The notes beneath the pieces are model-generated. The model searched no databases. It saw only the letters and a list, made by a program, of their open reading frames with translations, and was not told where the DNA came from. Positions 1 to 6,042 of a stretch of 24,411 bases of DNA are shown here, piece after piece. Source of the stretch: a virus (lineage: Duplodnaviria > Caudoviricetes); IMG/VR virus record IMGVR_UViG_3300042191_000081, positions 1-24,411 of that record, one strand, 5' to 3'. Position 1 is the first letter of the stretch; each line of letters opens with the position of its first letter. Position numbers and translations under genes: made by a program.

Positions 1-2
1 CC

Positions 3-44
3 ACCGCTGCCATTCTCGCCTACCTGGGAGAACCCCGACCATGA
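3..44 (+). CDS. 3' end of an upstream gene (partial, ...TAAILAYLGEPRP*)
   Basis: Open frame from the window edge ending in TGA at 42-44, overlapping the next ATG (ATGA). Confidence 0.5.
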   Translation, partial: TAAILAYLGEPRP

Positions 45-202
45 GACTTCTACGGGCCAGCGGAAGCAAGGACAAGAACATTGTCTGTCGATACTGCGCA
101 CACGGCAAAGTGTGGCATCGCAACGAAGCCGAGTGCCATGTTGAAGACTGTGATTGTGATGCGTGGGACTACGGCGTCAACGTGGTGGAGGTGCCTCGGT
201 GA
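41..202 (+). CDS. Small Cys/His-rich putative zinc-binding protein, 53 aa (not in ORF track)
   Basis: MRLLRASGSKDKNIVCRYCAHGKVWHRNEAECHVEDCDCDAWDYGVNVVEVPR*; CxxCxH..H..C..CxC pattern; GGAG upstream; ATGA overlap at start, GTGA overlap at end. Confidence 0.75.
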   Translation: MRLLRASGSKDKNIVCRYCAHGKVWHRNEAECHVEDCDCDAWDYGVNVVEVPR

Positions 203-465
203 GACCGGAGGACGTATTGGTGCGAGTGGAACCATTCCAACTAGACGATGGCCGTACGGTTATCTCTCGGCCTGCCTCTCCGGCTGACATTCTGGCCCTA
301 CTCCGACAGATGGGAGGAGTAGAAGTCTGGTGGTGCGAGGAGCATCGGCGGGCCGGGAATCGAAATGCGTGTGGAGGTCGGATGAAGGTGGAAGCCTGCC
401 CGATGGTGTTGAGCCTGATCGTCCCTCTTGATGTTCTTGCGGCTGACACCGGAGGTGAGACATGA
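199..465 (+). CDS. Hypothetical phage protein, 88 aa
   Basis: GTG at 199 coupled to the upstream TGA; GGAGGTG RBS at 187-193; ends ADTGGET* with ATGA overlap. Confidence 0.75.
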   Translation: MRPEDVLVRVEPFQLDDGRTVISRPASPADILALLRQMGGVEVWWCEEHRRAGNRNACGGRMKVEACPMVLSLIVPLDVLAADTGGET

Positions 466-728
466 GCGACATTCGCTTGAAGCACCTACGTGCCTACTCC
501 CCCAGTGCCATCGAGGAAGGCCAGGACTACTGGACCCTGACGTTGGTCGACCTGATCGACGTGCTTTCTACTGAGGTAGCCCACTCTCCGAAGGTGCGAG
601 GGCTGAATCCGACGACTGGCGAGATCGTGGAGGGGCCGTTGCTGGTGATCTTGGGGCACATGATGTACTGGGCCGACGAAGGGCAGGGCTTTCGCGTTGA
701 ACCGGCTGACACCGGGAAGGAGCAGTAG
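462..728 (+). CDS. Hypothetical phage protein, 88 aa
   Basis: GGAGGTG RBS, ATGA coupling; ends ADTGKEQ*. Confidence 0.8.
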   Translation: MSDIRLKHLRAYSPSAIEEGQDYWTLTLVDLIDVLSTEVAHSPKVRGLNPTTGEIVEGPLLVILGHMMYWADEGQGFRVEPADTGKEQ

Positions 729-738
729 ATGAGCGGAT
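704..738 (+). repeat. 35-bp gene-junction direct repeat, copy 1 (GGCTGACACCGGGAAGGAGCAGTAGATGAGCGGAT)
   Basis: Exact copy at 1180-1214; degenerate copy GGCTGACACCGGAGGTGAGACATGAGCG at 441-468. Confidence 0.95.
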
Positions 739-1079
739 ACGTAGCCGTTGCCGACGTGAAGCCGACAAAGGCAAAAGATCTTCCCTGGTCATGGGCTGAC
801 GAGGACCGCAACATTCGGACCCGTCAATGCCTCTGCTGTGGCAGGCCAGGCCACTATCAGGAAATGCTGGAAGCCTATATCGCCGAGCATGGTGTGGACG
901 GTATGGGCATCGTCGTGGACGAGGACGGCTACCTGGGCGACGGGCATCATCGGGTTGCAGCCGCTATCCGGTTGGGCATAGAGAAGTTGCCTCTCGAAAC
1001 CAAAGACGACTGTCAGGCCAGATGGGTTCGGGATCATGGCTACGTGGACTGGCATCACAGAAGGTTTGGTGATCGCTAA
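729..1079 (+). CDS. ParB/sulfiredoxin N-terminal-like domain protein
   Basis: GIVVDEDGYLGDGHHRVAAAIRLGIEKLP matches the ParB-N/Srx 'I.V......lDGhhR..Aa..lg...ip' signature; AAGGAG RBS. Confidence 0.8.
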   Translation: MSGYVAVADVKPTKAKDLPWSWADEDRNIRTRQCLCCGRPGHYQEMLEAYIAEHGVDGMGIVVDEDGYLGDGHHRVAAAIRLGIEKLPLETKDDCQARWVRDHGYVDWHHRRFGDR

Positions 1080-1204
1080 TGGGCGGGTTCTGGACTCGGT
1101 TTGCCTCTACTGCCTATCTGGTGGCAGTGTCTACAGGTTGGAAGTGGCCGCGTCGTGTTGAGGCATGGGCTTGGCATTGGGCTGACACCGGGAAGGAGCA
1201 GTAG
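1079..1204 (+). CDS. Small Trp-rich protein, 41 aa (not in ORF track)
   Basis: MGGFWTRFASTAYLVAVSTGWKWPRRVEAWAWHWADTGKEQ*; TAATG coupling; same ADTGKEQ* tail as 462..728. Confidence 0.65.
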   Translation: MGGFWTRFASTAYLVAVSTGWKWPRRVEAWAWHWADTGKEQ

Positions 1205-1214
1205 ATGAGCGGAT
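1180..1214 (+). repeat. 35-bp gene-junction direct repeat, copy 2
   Basis: Identical to 704-738. Confidence 0.95.
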
Positions 1215-1397
1215 TGCGACAAGTGCATGTTCTGGACGGCCCGAAGGCCACCTGGAAGGGCCAACAACATGATTGCCAGCGGGTGGCAGATCATCGAAAC
1301 AGGAATGAACCCTTATGGAGAGCCGACGTTTCTCATGGGGTGGTTGAACCCCCATGACAATCCACCGGAGGTCGGGAAGGAGTCCGATGATGGGTGA
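1205..1397 (+). pseudogene. Small gene, probably frameshifted near 1256-1262
   Basis: ATG 1205 has a good RBS and its frame stops at 1357. Removing one G from TGGAAGGGCC joins it to a GC3-rich frame (ANNMIASGWQIIETGMNPYGEPTFLMGW...GKESDDG*) that ends at 1397 over the next RBS/start. Confidence 0.5.
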
Positions 1398-1635
1398 CAT
1401 ACGACAGGGAGCCATCGAAGCGGCCATTGATCGGCTGTCGGAGGAACTGGGGTTTACAGAGGAGGCCGATAAGGAGTCCGTTCGCTCTGATGTGCCGGTC
1501 GTGTTTGATGCAGTCTTGGACTACCTGGCCGACCACGCTGACGAGTGGGAAGTGCAGGCTGCGCTAACAGGAACCTACTTCATCACCAATGCGGATCGTA
1601 TCGCTGCTCTCCGTATCACCATAGAGGAGGAATGA
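1387..1635 (+). CDS. Hypothetical phage protein, about 82 aa
   Basis: GGGAAGGAG RBS at 1374-1382 before ATG 1387/1390; ends ITIEEE*. Confidence 0.75.
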   Translation: MMGDIRQGAIEAAIDRLSEELGFTEEADKESVRSDVPVVFDAVLDYLADHADEWEVQAALTGTYFITNADRIAALRITIEEE

Positions 1636-1636
1636 G

Positions 1637-1873
1637 ATGAGCAACGATTTGCATTGTGCGATGGACGATTGCCCCCTTCCGCCGTGGTTTCCAGAGCTAA
1701 GTTTCGGTCCCGCCACCTGCTTCAACCACCGAACCTCCACGTTCTGCCGCTGTGGAGCGGTGTTGTCGACGCCCCATATGGCTCGCTGCGAGTTGTGGTC
1801 CGAAGGCGCGTCCTACACGCCTGCATCCGTTCCTCTCCCCGAATTGGGGATCACCGTAGAGGAGGAAACGTGA
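1637..1873 (+). CDS. Cys/His-rich hypothetical protein, 78 aa
   Basis: GAGGAGG RBS; CRCG...H...C motif; ends ITVEEET*. Confidence 0.75.
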   Translation: MSNDLHCAMDDCPLPPWFPELSFGPATCFNHRTSTFCRCGAVLSTPHMARCELWSEGASYTPASVPLPELGITVEEET

Positions 1874-2151
1874 CCATCGGCGTCTTGTTGAATCGCTGCG
1901 AATTAGACTACGACTACTCTCGCTCACTGCACTACACGCTCGACGAGACAGACACGCATCAGAATGTCTACGTGCGCCGTGACGGTATCGACCCTGAGCA
2001 TGAGTACGAGCACATCTGTGAACGCTGCGGGTTTGTTCCTGATTGGTGGAGCCAGGTGGTTGTTGGGTGCGCTCCGCATCATTGGCACAAAGACGACTCC
2101 GAAACTATCTGGTGCTGCAACTGCGAGATAGAACCCGAGGAGGAGAAGTGA
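1870..2151 (+). CDS. Putative zinc-binding protein, 93 aa
   Basis: GTGA coupling, GAGGAGG RBS; CERC and CCNC motifs; ends IEPEEEK*. Confidence 0.75.
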   Translation: MTIGVLLNRCELDYDYSRSLHYTLDETDTHQNVYVRRDGIDPEHEYEHICERCGFVPDWWSQVVVGCAPHHWHKDDSETIWCCNCEIEPEEEK

Positions 2152-2393
2152 GCCTCCTGACTGAAGCCGAGGTGGCTGAACTGGTCGAGGGTACGCGCAT
2201 CACCATCACCTGGTCGGGCGGCAACGGCCCTCATGACTATATGGTGGCGGTCGATAAGTATGGCGTCCGCTACGCCGCCATCAACGATGACCCTGACGAT
2301 CCGTTCCGTTGGTACAACCGCATCGACTTCGTTGGGTCAGAACGATTCCACACTCATGTTTCGCTGAGTGAATCTGAACCCGAGGAGACCTGA
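2148..2393 (+). CDS. Hypothetical phage protein, 81 aa
   Basis: GTGA coupling, GAGGAGG RBS; ends SEPEET*. Confidence 0.75.
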   Translation: MSLLTEAEVAELVEGTRITITWSGGNGPHDYMVAVDKYGVRYAAINDDPDDPFRWYNRIDFVGSERFHTHVSLSESEPEET

Positions 2394-2411
2394 GACTTTG
2401 AACCGAGCAAG

Positions 2412-2446
2412 CATACGCACTTCCCCTCTACCGGGGAGTGGGTATG
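2412..2446 (+). promoter_or_regulatory. Hairpin sequestering the RBS and start codon of the 2444 gene
   Basis: CATACGCACTTCCC (2412-2425) pairs with GGGGAGTGGGTATG (2433-2446), one mismatch and one G-U pair. Confidence 0.55.
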
Positions 2447-2944
2447 GCCCGAAGAAAACCGGCTAAATGCAATCATGCACATCCGCTCATCTTGCAGGCG
2501 GAGATCGAACGGCTCCGTTCCACCCGGAATGGGGCATGGCAGGAGCTCTTGGATGCTTGTGAGAGTCTGAGGGACTGTGCGGAGAAGCTTCAAACCTTGC
2601 GCTTCCGAGCACAGGTAGGCAAATCGGCTTCCGTAGCTCAAATTGGCGGTTACGGGTTTTCGGATGGGACGGTCGACTACGGGACAACAGTCCTGCATTC
2701 GCCGTCTCATGTGTCGGTGAAGGAGGATGAGGGCCGTTGGGGTGCCGCCATCGCCAAAGTGAGAAGTTTGGACCGGGAGCTGGCCGGCTTGTTGGACCCG
2801 CATCAGCCGAAGAAGAAGGATCTGAGGATCACTTGTGGTGAATGTCCTGACCGTTATGAACGGTGGAAGAAGCAGCCGCCGGACTCCCGCTGGTGCCGAT
2901 ATTGCGGACGTAGTTTCATCGAGGAGAAGGAGAAGGTGTCGTAA
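2444..2944 (+). CDS. Hypothetical protein with C-terminal zinc ribbon
   Basis: GGGGAG RBS; coiled N-half; CGEC...CRYC near the C-terminus; TAATG coupling to the next gene. Confidence 0.75.
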   Translation: MARRKPAKCNHAHPLILQAEIERLRSTRNGAWQELLDACESLRDCAEKLQTLRFRAQVGKSASVAQIGGYGFSDGTVDYGTTVLHSPSHVSVKEDEGRWGAAIAKVRSLDRELAGLLDPHQPKKKDLRITCGECPDRYERWKKQPPDSRWCRYCGRSFIEEKEKVS

Positions 2945-3333
2945 TGGGCGTTGATGTCAACCTTTACGCCGAAGGCAGAATCACCGACGAGGAACTAGCC
3001 GCCGCCAACGAATTCATGGCACAGCGCGTCTACCCAAGAGACGACTATGAACACGAGATCGGGTTCGGCTCGCTGGTCCGGGACAATCTCGCTGGAGAAT
3101 GGGAACGCATCGAGTTCCGCACACTCTCCCGCTACTACGGGCCGGGTTATGAGCGAGGCGACTGGCCTTATATCCACAATGTGATCGTTTGCATGAGGGC
3201 AGCGCTGCCCTCATGCAAGGTGTTCTACGGTGGCGACACGACGGACTACGGGATCGAGGTCACCGATGAGCTGATGGCCGAGTATTGGATGCACTGGTTG
3301 AGCGCGGATGGCCGGCGCCTACTTCAATCGTGA
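2944..3333 (+). CDS. Hypothetical phage protein, 129 aa (C-terminus may extend to 3370 by frameshift)
   Basis: AAGGAG RBS, TAATG coupling, GC3-rich codons; RYYGPGYERGDWP motif. Confidence 0.8.
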   Translation: MGVDVNLYAEGRITDEELAAANEFMAQRVYPRDDYEHEIGFGSLVRDNLAGEWERIEFRTLSRYYGPGYERGDWPYIHNVIVCMRAALPSCKVFYGGDTTDYGIEVTDELMAEYWMHWLSADGRRLLQS

Positions 3334-3370
3334 CGGGTTGGTACGAGTAGAGGAGAAGGCCGGGGGCTAG

Positions 3371-3530
3371 CCTCGAAATCCGAGGGGGTGGGTTCGCCGG
3401 GTGGCTGCATCTCCTAGACGCCCGAAAACGGGTGGCTGCGATGGCTGTCCGGCGGTATCACAACCCGCCCCCTCCCAACATGGGGAAGGCCAGCATTTCG
3501 CCGGGGAGGGAAACTACTGGCCCTGTCTTG
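3371..3530 (+). ncRNA. Candidate structured RNA / terminator between convergent operons
   Basis: 13-bp stem 3382-3394/3462-3474 enclosing nested stems (3395-3411/3440-3454; CGCCCG-AAAA-CGGGTG); second hairpin GGCCAG/CTGGCC 3488-3522; several G-U pairs form only on the + strand. Confidence 0.45.
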
Positions 3531-3536
3531 TCTGGT

Positions 3537-3770
3537 TCAGGGTTGCGGATCGCGGTTGACTGTATTCCTAATAGCCGCCCATGCTTCAACGTCGGGCCAC
3601 CACCAGACTGCCCCCATGCTCAGAGTCACCAGGGGCGCGGGGAAGGTGGCGTGTCTGATCCGCCATATGCTCACCGTATTCGGTTTGACTCCTAGACGTG
3701 CGGCTATCTCGGTGACGCCGAGAAGGGCCGCCCCATCAGGCCGACAGTCCCCCGGTGGTTGGTTGCTCAC
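3537..3770 (-). CDS. AlpA/excisionase-like winged-helix DNA-binding protein
   Basis: LLGVTEIAARLGVKPNTVSIWRIRHATFPAP....GAVWWWPDVEAW is the typical AlpA/MerR-type HTH plus FP.P..W...V.W pattern; GTGA coupling with GGAG RBS. Confidence 0.85.
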   Translation of the reverse strand: MSNQPPGDCRPDGAALLGVTEIAARLGVKPNTVSIWRIRHATFPAPLVTLSMGAVWWWPDVEAWAAIRNTVNRDPQP

Positions 3771-4234
3771 TGGGCCAGCTCTTCCACTTCGACGCTGCCG
3801 TAATAGTTCACGTTGAAGTAGTCGACCTGCGTGTTCGAGCCGTTGTAGTTGAAAGCCCCATGCAGGCCCTCAGCGATCTGCTTCGCCGCTCTCGCCTGAT
3901 CGTTGAGCCACGGCCACGGCTTGCCCTCGCGTCGGTTGTCGTCCTCGTCGTCAGCATTCACCGGGTAGGGAACGCCGAGCGTGATGTCGATGGAAGTCCC
4001 ACCGGCGAAGCTCTCGTATCTGACCGACACCTTCGCCCCGGACAGTGGCGAATGCTTCGACTTGGTGAGCCTGCGGAGCACCTTGCGGATTTCCGCTGCG
4101 ATCTCCTTGGTGGTCATGTTCGGGTCGTAGGTGGAACCGTACGACGTTGGGTACATGTGGTTGGTTTCGTGGCTGATGAGCGTCTGCGCCTCATTGTTGA
4201 AGGCTTGAAGCTCCGCCTGGTCGACGTGGTTCAC
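3767..4234 (-). CDS. LPD29-like (large polyvalent protein-associated domain) protein, 155 aa
   Basis: TTKEIAAEIRKVL...GAKVSVRYESFAGGTSIDI...FNYNGSNTQVDYFNVNYY resembles LPD29; GTG 4234 with GAGGTG RBS, coupled to the upstream TGA. Confidence 0.65.
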   Translation of the reverse strand: MNHVDQAELQAFNNEAQTLISHETNHMYPTSYGSTYDPNMTTKEIAAEIRKVLRRLTKSKHSPLSGAKVSVRYESFAGGTSIDITLGVPYPVNADDEDDNRREGKPWPWLNDQARAAKQIAEGLHGAFNYNGSNTQVDYFNVNYYGSVEVEELAQ

Positions 4235-4464
4235 AGTGCCACCTCGGCCCGCTTCCATGCAAACCGTCCGGCCTCCATGTCGCCGATGTTGACATGCGAG
4301 CCGTCGTCGAGTACGGCGGTCATGTAGAGACCGGATGCCAGGTTCATCACCCGACGCACTTCGAAGCCTCGTTCGGCCATGATGCCTCTGGCGATGGTTT
4401 CCCGCTGCTCTCTGGTGGAGTTCCACAGGTCGCCTCGGTAGTGGAGTTCTGGCGTCTTCCACAT
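4231..4464 (-). CDS. Hypothetical protein, 77 aa, first gene of the leftward operon
   Basis: AGGAGGTG RBS just upstream of ATG; lies directly downstream of a consensus promoter. Confidence 0.8.
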   Translation of the reverse strand: MWKTPELHYRGDLWNSTREQRETIARGIMAERGFEVRRVMNLASGLYMTAVLDDGSHVNIGDMEAGRFAWKRAEVAL

Positions 4465-4521
4465 TCTGCACCTCCTAGATTTTCCCGTATCACTGGGGAG
4501 TCGGACTATCCGACACTGATG

Positions 4522-4550
4522 ACAGTACAGACCGAACGTGTGTCTGTCAA
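4522..4550 (-). promoter_or_regulatory. Sigma-A/sigma70-type promoter for the leftward operon
   Basis: TTGACA (4550-4545) - 17 bp - TACTGT (4527-4522); leader carries hairpin GTCGGA-TAG-TCCGAC. Confidence 0.8.
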
Positions 4551-4557
4551 GAGGAGA

Positions 4558-4585
4558 TTGACACTCTTTTCGCGACCCCTATGAC
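4558..4585 (+). promoter_or_regulatory. Possible divergent rightward promoter
   Basis: TTGACA at 4558-4563, 16 bp, then TATGAC; back-to-back with the leftward -35 box. Confidence 0.35.
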
Positions 4586-4656
4586 GGAGTGGGAAAACTG
4601 CTGGTAGACCGCGATGAATTGCAATGATGAAACTACAGCATTAGGATTCACCCTGC

Positions 4657-5322
4657 GTGGGACGATCTATGCCCGAAGACCCGTGTGGAGCGGATCGCCT
4701 CTGCTCCTGGCGACAGGCCAAACGCTTCGGTTTCCAACTCTGTATCGCACTCGACGATGATGGCGACCCTTGCCGACGCAAGGCGATGCGATGGGTGACC
4801 CAACGAGCACTAGCCGATGGCGAACAGACCACATTGGGTCAGCCATTTTGCGAATACCACGCCGATGAGCTAGCCGCCTTCTTCTCTCGCAAGGTAGTGC
4901 GTGTCGAGGCTTTCAAGGACGCTAAGGCCGAACACAAGCAAGCTGAAGCGGCTCGTCTAGCAGCGGAGGAGGAGCGGCTTCGCCAGCTCGAAGCTCGCAA
5001 GGTCGCCAAACGTACGGTTGGACGGCAACCGGACATGCTGTACTTCGCCAAACGCGGGGAACGCATCAAGATCGGTCATTCCACCGCACCAACCAAACGA
5101 TTGACCGACCTAGCCAACAGTGCCGGTGCTCCCTTCGATGCCGTAGTCATTACAACGGGCGGTGTCCGCAAAGAGCAGGCCTACCACCAACGTTTCGCCG
5201 CCGACAGACTCCACGGCGAATGGTTCTCTTTCACCGATGTCATTGCTCGCGAGATGGCGAAGCTTTCTAACGATGAGCGGGCCGAGACTTACGAGAACTG
5301 GCCCAAACCAGCCAAGTTCTAA
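4657..5322 (+). CDS. T5orf172/MUG113-type GIY-YIG domain protein with N-terminal Cys/His domain and coiled linker (start uncertain)
   Basis: LYF....RIKIGHS..P.KRL..L...KEQAYHQRF...RLHGEWF signature; N-terminal C..C..FCEYH. Confidence 0.85.
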   Translation: MGRSMPEDPCGADRLCSWRQAKRFGFQLCIALDDDGDPCRRKAMRWVTQRALADGEQTTLGQPFCEYHADELAAFFSRKVVRVEAFKDAKAEHKQAEAARLAAEEERLRQLEARKVAKRTVGRQPDMLYFAKRGERIKIGHSTAPTKRLTDLANSAGAPFDAVVITTGGVRKEQAYHQRFAADRLHGEWFSFTDVIAREMAKLSNDERAETYENWPKPAKF

Positions 5323-5346
5323 ACATCACTGTGGACTAGCGACCGT

Positions 5347-5525
5347 ATACGGAAACTCCCCCAGCTACAGGCGTCCGGTTCGTTTCGCCCACGCTTCGAT
5401 GGTCGCCCACTCCCACACTGGCCCTACGGATAGCGGATAGTCGGGCTCGGGGAGTAGACCGCGGTGTCAAGAGGTGTGGGACAACAATACTGTTTTCTGT
5501 GAAAACATACGGAAACTCCCCCAGC
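5347..5525 (+). repeat. 19-bp direct repeat ATACGGAAACTCCCCCAGC (5347-5365 and 5507-5525)
   Basis: Two exact copies 160 bp apart flanking an AlpA gene remnant. Confidence 0.9.
5365..5466 (-). pseudogene. 5'-truncated AlpA-like gene remnant
   Basis: HRGLLPEPDYPLSVGPVWEWATIEAWAKRTGRL* aligns with the C-half of 3537..3770; preceded in frame by TGA, HTH half missing. Confidence 0.75.
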
Positions 5526-5735
5526 AGGCCCGAGCAGATCGGGGCGTATCGAGAACATCCCGCAGTAGACGATAGAGCGGGCTCGCACCATTCGGAACCG
5601 CCCGATGGAGTGTACGCCGGGGCTAGGCCAGGAGCCGTAATACCAGTAGCAGACACAGACACGCCAAACCTGCCGGATGCCGACAGGAACAAAGCGTGCT
5701 TCAACCATCGAGGGTCCACCCCCAGGAAGGTAACC

Positions 5736-6020
5736 ATGTCCCCACAGACACCATGCACAGGATCATTCCTCGACCACATCCGCATCGACCAGACCACCCG
5801 GCCAGACGAGATCACACAGTTCCAACTCGGCCCATGCGAACTCCCAGCCAGCCACCCCGAACCCCACCAGCGAACCCTCCGATTCACCCGACCAGAAGAC
5901 CACCAGCCACCAACAACCCCCAAAACCAACTCCGTCTTAGTTTTAGAACGTCGGCAGACTCTTCGCTGCTTCTGGACTGTACCGGGCCCTAGTACGGTTC
6001 AGATCAGGCCCCTAGCTTGA
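5736..6020 (+). CDS. Hypothetical protein, 94 aa
   Basis: AGGAAGG RBS at 5724-5730, ATG 5736; C...GPCELPASHPEPH putative metal motif; strongly C/A-biased DNA. Confidence 0.5.
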   Translation: MSPQTPCTGSFLDHIRIDQTTRPDEITQFQLGPCELPASHPEPHQRTLRFTRPEDHQPPTTPKTNSVLVLERRQTLRCFWTVPGPSTVQIRPLA

Positions 6021-6042
6021 CATAACAAGGGATATGGGCGAC
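6015..6042 (-). other. dif-like XerC/XerD recombination site
   Basis: Minus strand GTCGCCCATAT-CCCTTG-TTATGTCAAGC: 11+6+11 architecture; right arm matches the actinobacterial XerD arm TTATGTCAAG. Confidence 0.7.

Noticed and set aside
441-1214. 35-bp repeats as a CRISPR array or integron attC sites
   Set aside because: Intervening segments are hundreds of bp and protein-coding, the repeats are not palindromic, and no cas or integron integrase gene is present
3767-4471. 234-aa version of the minus-strand ORF
   Set aside because: The extension overlaps 4231..4464, which has the better RBS; coupled GTG at 4234 is the likelier start
5440-5470. Functional leftward promoter at TTGACA 5470-5465
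   Set aside because: No -10 element at proper spacing; downstream sequence is AlpA coding remnant
5336-6020. ORFs 5336..5929(-), 5424..5708(-), 5696..5992(+) and the 5499 start
   Set aside because: No RBS or motifs; composition reflects the local skew. Only 5736..6020 has a credible RBS
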